From positions 1-52,472 of the forward strand of contig VFJT01000028.1 of the NCBI GenBank assembly GCA_009885935.1: a stretch of DNA of 52,472 nt. Direction: 5' to 3'. The translations under genes and the position numbers were made by a program. The first letter of the stretch is position 1. Every line of letters starts with the position of its first letter. This DNA comes from Gammaproteobacteria bacterium. GTDB taxonomy: Bacteria; Pseudomonadota; Gammaproteobacteria; UBA1113. Below are positions 29,463 to 36,717 of this stretch, one piece after another. The notes under the pieces are model-generated. The model had not been told where the DNA came from. It did no database searches and saw only the letters and a list, made by a program, of their open reading frames with translations.

Positions 29463-30956
29463 TTAAGTCACCAACACCCGTCGCACCGCCAGACGCCAAC
29501 CCTGATACAAATGATCGCGCTTGCTGGCTGTCATTTCGGGCTTATAGGTTTTTTCTTCATGCCACAGATCAGCAATAGCTTCTAAACTATCGTATATTCC
29601 CACTTGTAAGCCTGCAAGATACGCTGCCCCCAAGGCCGTGGTTTCTATAACATGCGGTTTTTTGATGGCGCAGTCCACTATATCCGCTAAAAATTGCAAT
29701 AACCAGGTATTGACCGTCATACCGCCATCGACACGTAATTCATGAATAACAGCGCCGTCTAAGGCTATAGTCGCTAATAAATCTGCCGTCTGATAACACA
29801 CCGCTTCCAATGCCGCGCGTATAATGTGGGCTATACCCGTGTGACGTGTTAAACCTACAATAGCACCTCGCGCCCACGGATCCCAATAGGGCGCACCCAA
29901 ACCCGTAAACGCGGGCACTAAATAAACCCCGCCGGTATCGTCAATTTGTCTAGCCCAATGTTCAGCATCGTCCGGATTTTCTATCAATTTTAAAGTGTCT
30001 CGTAACCATTGCATACAAACACCGGCGGCAAAAATACTGCCTTCCAAACCATAAGCCCGTTGCCCTTTGGCACTATAGGCAATAGTCGTTAACAAACGGT
30101 GCTGCGAATAGACGGGTTTATCGCCGGTATTAATCAATAAAAAGCAACCCGTGCCGTAAGTACTTTTGGCCATCCCGGGTTTAAAACACGCTTGCCCTAC
30201 TAAGGCAGCTTGTTGATCTCCGATCATGGCGGTAATAGGCAAGGCCCTACCCAATAATTCTTTTTCAATAGTGCCAAAATCGGCGGTGCTTTCTTTAATC
30301 TCGGGTAGACAACTGCGGTCTATGCCAAAAAAAGATAATAACTCTTCATCCCATTGTAGGCTTCGTAAATTCATCAACAAGGTACGACTGGCGTTGGTGA
30401 CATCCGTAGCATAACTTTTACCGGCCGTTAAACGCCACAATAAAAAGGTATCAATGGTGCCAAAACGCAACCGCTTCTGCTGTACTAAGGATTGCAAGTT
30501 CGCATCGTGCTGCAATAACCAAACCATTTTAGTAGCCGAAAAGTATGGATCCAACAATAAACCTGTTTTTTGTTGCACCCATGGCTCCAAGCCTGCCTCT
30601 ATCCATTGTCGGCATAAATCAGCACTGCGCCTGTCTTGCCACACTATAACCGGTGCTAATAATGCATTGGTAACGGCATCCCAGGTCACTAGGGTTTCAC
30701 GTTGATTGGTAATGCCTACAGCGATAATATCGTTGATATTGCTGTCCGAGCATACTTCCCTACAAACACTCAAAGTATTACGCCAAATTTCTTCGCCATC
30801 TTGTTCTACTCGGCTTAATACCTCGTTATCATCACTGACTATACTACTCTGTCCATGCGTGTGTGCACTCATCTTTAAAATATTGCCACGGATATCAAAA
30901 ATAATGGCGCGCGTACTGCTGGTACCTTGGTCGATGGCAAGAATGGTGTTTGGCAT
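29463..30956 (-). CDS. glpK: Glycerol kinase
   Basis: AIDQGTSSTRAIIFD and ITNQRETLV are present. It is collinear with the FGGY kinase GlpK over its full length. Confidence 0.92.
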   Translation of the reverse strand: MPNTILAIDQGTSSTRAIIFDIRGNILKMSAHTHGQSSIVSDDNEVLSRVEQDGEEIWRNTLSVCREVCSDSNINDIIAVGITNQRETLVTWDAVTNALLAPVIVWQDRRSADLCRQWIEAGLEPWVQQKTGLLLDPYFSATKMVWLLQHDANLQSLVQQKRLRFGTIDTFLLWRLTAGKSYATDVTNASRTLLMNLRSLQWDEELLSFFGIDRSCLPEIKESTADFGTIEKELLGRALPITAMIGDQQAALVGQACFKPGMAKSTYGTGCFLLINTGDKPVYSQHRLLTTIAYSAKGQRAYGLEGSIFAAGVCMQWLRDTLKLIENPDDAEHWARQIDDTGGVYLVPAFTGLGAPYWDPWARGAIVGLTRHTGIAHIIRAALEAVCYQTADLLATIALDGAVIHELRVDGGMTVNTWLLQFLADIVDCAIKKPHVIETTALGAAYLAGLQVGIYDSLEAIADLWHEEKTYKPEMTASKRDHLYQGWRLAVRRVLVT

Positions 30957-31411
30957 AAGTTATTCCTTATGATGGCCTCGTGTGAGACTTAGTATTTTTA
31001 TTCATATTTTCACATATTTATGCTTTAAAACATTCGAAAAGGTTGTTTTTTACTATATTCTCCTTCAGTTTTAAAAACACTTTTTTTAAAACTAAGCCAA
31101 AGAATCACCGCTAAGGATATCACCACTAAAGCACTTCTACTAGCCTTACCTGAAAATAATTTGCGTTCGTATATAGTTGCAATATGCGCAATATCTTACA
31201 CATTTTGTGGAAAGGCCTTCGATTTCAGCTTTTGGGAATACATCAGAAGAAGTTTGGGGTTTAATTAAAGAAGATTCAGTAAAAAAGCACCATTTAACCC
31301 ATAAGATTGAATGCAATAGATCTTACGTTCAAATGCCTCGTATTAATAGAGGCACTTGATTTATTAAAAATAGCTCTCTTTGAAAGAATTTAAATCTTGA
31401 GCTGAAAATTT

Positions 31412-32344
31412 CTATTGAAAAATATAACTACTTGGTTGGTGAGCCGGGGTTTCCATTACTTGCATTATCTCCTTTAAGTCCGCCTCTATCTGTTGGCATT
31501 TGCTTTCCTTTCCTGGTAACTTACGCACCCTTGAATCTATCTGCATACGACGGGCTGCACAAAAAAAAGTATCATTTGCATTAGATAATCCCACATTCTT
31601 TTCTTCTTCTATATCTTTAAAGAGACCATCATACAATTCTTTTCGCTCTCCTTCAAGCTGCGCTAATAGTTTTTGTGCTTCGACGTATTCAGCACTATCT
31701 TTAACATTACCCACTGGACGAGCGCCTTCTTGTAAAAGCAATTTTGCTTCATAAAAACGTTGGTGGTTAATCAAATAAAAAAGTGTTGTTTTGCCTGATG
31801 CCGATATTACATTATAATCTATTTTCAGGTTATGCTCTTTTACTGCATCAATAATTATTTTAATATTACACTGTGCAGATGCGATATACGCGGCATAGTG
31901 CAATACAGCTTTTCCATTTCCATCAAGTGCAGAAAAATCAAATTGTTTTTTAGCGGCATAGGTAACATACTGGCTAAAGATCTGAGATTGATAGCGTTCT
32001 CGATTCCATATTGCCGCTAAATGCATAGGAGTCATTCCTTCCTTATTCGCAATCGTGAAATCAGGATTATATTGGAACATTATGTCGATTTTTTTATAAA
32101 AATCATATACGTGTCCAGAAAATGTCATGCGATGAGCCAAGGTATTCCCTTGTTCATCTTGCCTATTAATTCCACCATGCTTTAGTATGAATGTTTTGAG
32201 TTTTTCTTCAAAATCACCTTCATCAGCAGAAGCCAAGTCTTTTAAGTCTGCTTCTAGTTCTTTTAAGTCTGATTTTTTTCTTGCCGTTCTCTCTTGAAGA
32301 GATTCTCTAAATATACTATTGAGATTACCTGTATTTGCAGCCAT
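31412..32344 (-). CDS. Ankyrin-repeat protein (eukaryote-like; candidate secreted effector)
   Basis: About 4 ANK repeats are visible (GNTLAHRM.., GMTPMHLAAIWN.., GKAVLHYAAY.., GKTTLFYLI....AKLLLQEGARP). They are flanked by charged coiled-coil-like N- and C-terminal segments. The gene is AT-rich with long AT-rich flanks. Confidence 0.8.
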   Translation of the reverse strand: MAANTGNLNSIFRESLQERTARKKSDLKELEADLKDLASADEGDFEEKLKTFILKHGGINRQDEQGNTLAHRMTFSGHVYDFYKKIDIMFQYNPDFTIANKEGMTPMHLAAIWNRERYQSQIFSQYVTYAAKKQFDFSALDGNGKAVLHYAAYIASAQCNIKIIIDAVKEHNLKIDYNVISASGKTTLFYLINHQRFYEAKLLLQEGARPVGNVKDSAEYVEAQKLLAQLEGERKELYDGLFKDIEEEKNVGLSNANDTFFCAARRMQIDSRVRKLPGKESKCQQIEADLKEIMQVMETPAHQPSSYIFQ

Positions 32345-32503
32345 AATAATTTACCTCACTATGAAAAATAATAAACCAAAAAACATGTATAATACCAACC
32401 TTATTTTGAAATTAATTTAAAGGGTAGTAAAATAAAAACGTCACTATATACGATTAGTGCAAAACTGTCAAGTCAATGCAAGAAATTATTGTTTTTCAAT
32501 AAA

Positions 32504-32714
32504 TTAGACAATAAAAACAACCTTTTTTAATGGAACTATTCGCTTTAACGCGATGACTATAAAAGAAGCATGTAAAACACAATGTATTTTCATTTTAACC
32601 GTTACCCTCATTATCTAAGTCCGAGATAATGCTTTCTAATGTGTAATTGGCAAAACCACTCTTTTCACCCGCAATGAACGCATTCTTTAATTGCTGTCTT
32701 TTGTTTTCAGTCAT
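32504..32714 (-). pseudogene. Remnant of a parDE-type toxin-antitoxin locus
   Basis: At 32714-32595 the sequence encodes MTENKRQQLKNAFIAGEKSGFANYTLESIISDLDNEGNG*, which matches the ParD C-terminal pattern L..L..EG..SG....L.S.I..L. The RHH N-terminus is absent. The next frame, 32593-32504, encodes a 29-aa stub MKIHCVLHAS..., possibly a fused ParE N- and C-terminus. Confidence 0.5.
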
Positions 32715-34081
32715 GATTGATACACCAATTTTCCATTCACATAAGTCGCCATCACAGTGCGATCATCGCCTAACATCATGAGTACAAATAGTTTTTCCTC
32801 TAGCGTATTGGCGTACAACAAGCGGCGTTTCAACAATGGCGTAGCACCTTCACTATTCAGTACCACAAAATCGGCTTCCTTGCCCGGAGCAAAATTACCT
32901 AATTTATCTTCCAAGTTAAGCGCTCTAGCACCACCTAAGGTTGCCAAATAGAAACCTCTTAATCCTGTTAAATGTTGTTGTTGCAACTGTAAAACTTTAA
33001 ATGCTTCATTCAGTGTCTGCAGTAAGGAAAAACTAGTGCCTGCACCCACATCCGTGCCCAAGCCAACGGTTACCTGATTACTGGTTACTTTAGCAAGATT
33101 AAATAAGCCGCTGCCTAAAAACAAATTGGACGTTGGACAAAAGGAAACGGGGGTTTTGGTTTTAGACATTTCTTGTAATTCAGGCGTAGTCAACCAAATG
33201 CCATGCGCCAACAGCGTATTAGGACCTAATAAATTATAGTGCTGATAGACATCTAAATAATTTTTAACATGAAATAGTTGTTTCGTCAAAGTAACTTCTG
33301 CTTTACTTTCGGAAATATGGGTGTGTACATGAACCGTGGGATAGCGTTGCTTTAAGGCTTCAATCTGTTTAAAAAAAGCAGGTGTTGTGGTAATGGCAAA
33401 ACGAAATTCAATAGAATAGATTAAGCGTGTCCCAAGCTTCTCATGCCATTTTTGAATGAGTTCTTCTGATTGTGCAATAGCGACTTCTGGTTTTTGGATC
33501 AAATACGCGGGAACATTTCTATCGGCCATGTCTAAACCGGTAATAATACGCATATGTTTTTGCTCAGCCGCTGTAAATAACGCATCAATAGACTGTGGAT
33601 AGACTGCAGCGAACACATTGGCAGTCGTTGTGCCATTTCTGAGTAGCTCATCTATAAAGAAATGGGCCGTATCTTCGGAATATTGTTTATCCTTCATCTT
33701 TTTTTCAAAAGGAAAGGTATATTGATTCAGCCAATCTAGTAATTGACCACCATTATCGGCCGCGATCATATCCACTTGAGGATAATGAATGTGAGTATCG
33801 ATGAACCCTGGGATTATAAGTCCATTAGGATAATTCACAATTTTGGCATTGGGCGGAAGATCAGATTTTAGCGTACTATAATTTCCTGCTTTTTTGACAT
33901 GCCCATCTTGGACAACCAATAAACCATCCGGAAAATAATGATAGCTATCCGCTTGAGTACTCTGCCCAGGATCTTGATAAAATTCTAAAATAGCGCTATG
34001 TACATATAAGGATTCGGCAGTAGCGATTGAGAAAAAAGTGAAGGCGAGTAATCCAATGGCAAAAAAGAATTGCTTAATCAT
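32711..34081 (-). CDS. guaD: Guanine deaminase with an N-terminal signal-peptide-like extension
   Basis: PGFIDTHIHYPQ, HISE, FCPTSNLFLGSGLFNL, GLGTDVGAGTSFS.LQTLNEAFKVLQLQ and FVLMMLGDDR are collinear with E. coli GuaD. The N-terminus is MIKQFFFAIGLLAFTFFSIATA-ES. A strong Shine-Dalgarno aaggagg is present. Confidence 0.88.
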   Translation of the reverse strand: MIKQFFFAIGLLAFTFFSIATAESLYVHSAILEFYQDPGQSTQADSYHYFPDGLLVVQDGHVKKAGNYSTLKSDLPPNAKIVNYPNGLIIPGFIDTHIHYPQVDMIAADNGGQLLDWLNQYTFPFEKKMKDKQYSEDTAHFFIDELLRNGTTTANVFAAVYPQSIDALFTAAEQKHMRIITGLDMADRNVPAYLIQKPEVAIAQSEELIQKWHEKLGTRLIYSIEFRFAITTTPAFFKQIEALKQRYPTVHVHTHISESKAEVTLTKQLFHVKNYLDVYQHYNLLGPNTLLAHGIWLTTPELQEMSKTKTPVSFCPTSNLFLGSGLFNLAKVTSNQVTVGLGTDVGAGTSFSLLQTLNEAFKVLQLQQQHLTGLRGFYLATLGGARALNLEDKLGNFAPGKEADFVVLNSEGATPLLKRRLLYANTLEEKLFVLMMLGDDRTVMATYVNGKLVYQS

Positions 34082-34114
34082 ATGGGGCCTCCTTCATCTC
34101 CTTCATGTTTTTGT

Positions 34115-34225
34115 CCAAAGCCATCGCTGCCGTTGTGTCAAACACGCTGTAAATACATCCATGTACGTTCGGTCGCGGCTTCCTGCCGCTCACGGTTTGA
34201 CACAACTCTGCAACGATGGTTTTGG
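34115..34225. mobile_element. MITE-like element, copy A2 (inverted relative to A1)
   Basis: The ends are ccaaagccatcgctgccgttgtgtcaaac and gtttgacacaactctgcaacgatggttttgg. It lies 33 bp upstream of the guaD start. Confidence 0.6.
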
Positions 34226-34268
34226 ACTTTAACTCCGCGCTTCGTTATCTAGAAAAGTAAAAACTTTG

Positions 34269-35099
34269 TTATTGCTGTTCAACAACTTTAGCTCTGCTTT
34301 TAAGCGTTAAAAATTCTATATTGCGCTTTTGCTTTTCATCAGGAACAACATAAATTTCTATTAATACTTCTTTAGTTATCTCAAGAAGGAATCGAAGAGT
34401 ATGAGCGTCAAAGTCTTGCCAATCGTTTTCGTGTACTTCTTGACTCGTCAATCCATGAACGGCCTTTAAGTTATCAAATAAGCCACTATCTATCTTTGAG
34501 TATTTTTCCTTTAAAGCATCAATGCGCTTGTCGTAACCAGTTTTATCTTTTTCAGGGATCTTCTGATGTTGCAAGAGCTTATAAATTGATTTACGCAAGC
34601 AAGCAGATGCGCCTGTTAAAAAATTGCTTTTAAGACAATCACAAGCCTCACTTAATGGCTTTCTTATAGATGTCGGTATTCTTTCATCAATAGTGAAAGA
34701 TACGCTTGGCTGGTGATAAAAGAAAACATCATCCAGTTCTTTTGGGTTACCTTTTTCATCTAAAATCGGAACACTTCTACCATACTCAATAGTTTTACCA
34801 TCCGAAGAATGAATGTTTTTTCTTTCTTGTGGAGGAAAAGCAAAATTGCTTCCGCCACCATATGCAGTGCCTCGCTTATGTGTAATAAGTTCATAGTTGC
34901 TTAAATGGAATGAAATGTTTCCACAATCATCGCAACAAACCAAATAATAATAAACAGTTTTGGTATTAGAAGCATTATAGGAGCCAGTTTCACTTACCGA
35001 GCATTTGACATGATTTCGATCACAAAAAGGGCAGTTATAAGTTGAACCATTGATAAAATATTTTTTATCCTTATGAGAACGATCAAAACTATTAGTCAC
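34269..35099 (-). CDS. Orphan protein: N-terminal Cys-cluster (zinc-ribbon-like) + C-terminal DUF4145-like helical domain
   Basis: GTG start with a Shine-Dalgarno aggagag. CPFC (aa 23-26) and CCDDC (aa 55-59) are present. The C-terminal part, ..LSEACDCLKSNFLTGASACLRKSIYKLL....IDALK....I...L.....H, recalls DUF4145 from memory. The gene is AT-rich. Confidence 0.5.
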   Translation of the reverse strand: MTNSFDRSHKDKKYFINGSTYNCPFCDRNHVKCSVSETGSYNASNTKTVYYYLVCCDDCGNISFHLSNYELITHKRGTAYGGGSNFAFPPQERKNIHSSDGKTIEYGRSVPILDEKGNPKELDDVFFYHQPSVSFTIDERIPTSIRKPLSEACDCLKSNFLTGASACLRKSIYKLLQHQKIPEKDKTGYDKRIDALKEKYSKIDSGLFDNLKAVHGLTSQEVHENDWQDFDAHTLRFLLEITKEVLIEIYVVPDEKQKRNIEFLTLKSRAKVVEQQ

Positions 35100-35244
35100 A
35101 AAAATTTCTCTCCTGATTTTTATTTTTTTGCATAGTATAATGTAACATTAAAGCATGGTGCGGGTATAGTATTGATGCACATAGCATAAAAGATTTTATA
35201 CAAGATTTAGCAACGATGTCCCTGGGAACTAGAAAAATGCTACG

Positions 35245-35356
35245 CCCGCAGAGCTTAGAAATGGGCTGTGAGGACCGGGTGCCGCAGGACGCGGCACCCG
35301 AGCCCCCAGGGATGGGTTTACGGCGTGTCCGAGCAGCACTTTCTAAGCTCTGCGGG
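35245..35356. mobile_element. MITE-like element, variant C (same core, different termini)
   Basis: The TIR is cccgcagagcttagaaa / tttctaagctctgcggg. The 31-bp core ccgagcccccagggatgggtttacggcgtgt is identical to copy A1. Confidence 0.55.
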
Positions 35357-35396
35357 CAATTACTGGCCAGAGGATCACTATCTAATTCAAAATCAA
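35327..35396 (+). repeat. 70-bp direct repeat, left copy (right half of MITE C plus 40 bp of flank)
   Basis: 67/70 identical to 36101-36170. Confidence 0.8.
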
Positions 35397-35415
35397 TTAG
35401 GAAAAAAACGAGTAT

Positions 35416-35727
35416 TTAACGGTGGCGCTCTATTGGTATTAATTCAATATTTAAACGGCACTTTAAAGCATGGGCATATTTTTTCAAGGTAGAGAACGAG
35501 GGGGAAGGTCTCTCGCTCATATGCATTGATTCTAATCTGGATATAGCCGATGTTGAGGTATGCATCGCCTCAGCGACAGCTTCCTGTGTTAATCCTTTTT
35601 CTTTTCGCATACGCAACATTTGCCGGATAAGTTGGTATTCTTCTTCCAGATCTTCATAATCAGCAGCAATTTTGCTGTCTCTAAGCAGTTCTTTCTTAAA
35701 TTCAGCATGGCTTATTTTCTTGTTCAT
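35416..35727 (-). CDS. HigA-like XRE-family HTH antitoxin
   Basis: 103 aa with the HTH GLTQEAVAEAMHTSTSAISRLES. It has a 4-nt ATGA overlap with the upstream toxin gene. Confidence 0.75.
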   Translation of the reverse strand: MNKKISHAEFKKELLRDSKIAADYEDLEEEYQLIRQMLRMRKEKGLTQEAVAEAMHTSTSAISRLESMHMSERPSPSFSTLKKYAHALKCRLNIELIPIERHR

Positions 35728-36047
35728 AATGTCACCTCTTTCATTCGGGTTTTGGCTAATTTCATAATCCTTAAGGGCGTCTTTTGGGTCTTTTTAATAA
35801 ATGCCGTTAATATAACTATTTCCTGATCTATAACATGGCAATACAAAGCCCTGCCGATACCTTCTTGCGCCTTTACTCGAATTTCATACAAATCTTTATC
35901 GAGCTTTTTTGTAAAAGGCTCGCCCAGGTTAGGCCCTTGCTCTTCTATTAAGTCCACTATCCGCAAATACTTAGCCAATAGCTTTTGCGGCCATTTTCTT
36001 ATGTCATTCGTGACTTGTTCACTGTAATAAGTTAGTTTCCACTTCAT
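35724..36047 (-). CDS. Gp49-like / HigB-type (RelE superfamily) toxin, apparently intact
   Basis: MKWKLTYYSEQVTNDIRKWPQKL..........LYEIRVKAQEGIGRALYCHVIDQEIVILTAFIKKTQKTP...MKLAKTRMKEV. The order is toxin first, then antitoxin. I trimmed the start to ATG 36047. Confidence 0.75.
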   Translation of the reverse strand: MKWKLTYYSEQVTNDIRKWPQKLLAKYLRIVDLIEEQGPNLGEPFTKKLDKDLYEIRVKAQEGIGRALYCHVIDQEIVILTAFIKKTQKTPLRIMKLAKTRMKEVTL

Positions 36048-36061
36048 TTTAAGATAATAGC

Positions 36062-36086
36062 ATATTTGCGAAAAATTAGCAAATAT
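36062..36086. promoter_or_regulatory. Palindromic candidate operator within the TA promoter
   Basis: atatttgc-N9-gcaaatat. On the minus strand it overlaps TTGCTA, a 17-nt spacer and TATTAT, just upstream of the toxin ATG. Confidence 0.35.
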
Positions 36087-36100
36087 GAGAAAAATAGCCT

Positions 36101-36170
36101 GTCCGAGCAGCACTTTCTAAGCTCTGCGAGCAATTGCTGGCCAGAGGATCACCATCTAATTCAAAATCAA
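36101..36170 (+). repeat. 70-bp direct repeat, right copy
   Basis: 67/70 identical to 35327-35396. It contains only the right half of a MITE C. Confidence 0.8.
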
Positions 36171-36239
36171 CCATATTCCTGACGTCAAGAATATAGGCAA
36201 TCATTGAACGATAAAACAATCCCCCTTGCGCCGATCCGC

Positions 36240-36265
36240 TATAATTAGTACTATAGGGGTCCTAT
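36240..36265 (+). promoter_or_regulatory. Candidate suf promoter -10 box plus palindrome (possible Rrf2 operator)
   Basis: TATAAT at 36240-36245 is followed by ATAGG-GGT-CCTAT at 36253-36265. I did not find a convincing -35 box. Confidence 0.25.
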
Positions 36266-36296
36266 TTTAAAGGCCTTGCACAGCGAGGGGATAAAA

Positions 36297-36716
36297 ATGT
36301 TAAAAATCAGTAAGTTAACCGATTACAGCACAGTGGTGATGGCTTATCTCGCCCAATTTCCAGAGAAAATGCACAATGCCAAAGACATTAGCGCAGAAAC
36401 GCATATTGCCCTGCCTACGGTGAGTAAGATCTTAAAGGCCTTAACTAAAAGCGGTTTATTGCTGTCGCATCGCGGTGCACATGGTGGTTATAGCTTGGCG
36501 AATGAAGCCATTAAGATCACCATTGCCGATATCATTACTGCCATGGAAGGAAAACCAGGTTTAACCGAATGCAGCCATAATAATACGATCTGTGCCTTGC
36601 AACCCACCTGTGCTATTGCCGGTAACTGGCAAACTATCAGCAGTATTGTTTACAAGACTCTAGAAAAAATAAGCTTACAAGACATGATAACATTAAAAAT
36701 GGCGAGGAACACATAA
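36297..36716 (+). CDS. Rrf2-family transcriptional regulator (IscR/SufR-like, Fe-S sensing)
   Basis: [11 protein letters not shown]..., a winged-HTH region, and a three-Cys cluster C-x8-C-x5-C ([16 protein letters not shown]). It is the first gene of the suf operon. Confidence 0.8.
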   Translation: MLKISKLTDYSTVVMAYLAQFPEKMHNAKDISAETHIALPTVSKILKALTKSGLLLSHRGAHGGYSLANEAIKITIADIITAMEGKPGLTECSHNNTICALQPTCAIAGNWQTISSIVYKTLEKISLQDMITLKMARNT

Positions 36717-36717
36717 A

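Noticed and set aside
31030-31140. Minus-strand small hydrophobic frame (..VVISLAVILWLSFKKSVFKTEGEYSKKQPFRMF*) resembling a type I toxin peptide
   Set aside because: It has no ATG, only an internal GTG with a weak Shine-Dalgarno. I found no recognisable antisense RNA partner, and it sits in AT-rich DNA where such frames arise by chance.
31177-31359. 60-aa plus-strand ORF in the spacer downstream of the ankyrin gene
   Set aside because: It has a non-ATG start, no Shine-Dalgarno and no recognisable motif. It ends in a weak hairpin that more plausibly belongs to the ankyrin gene 3' region.
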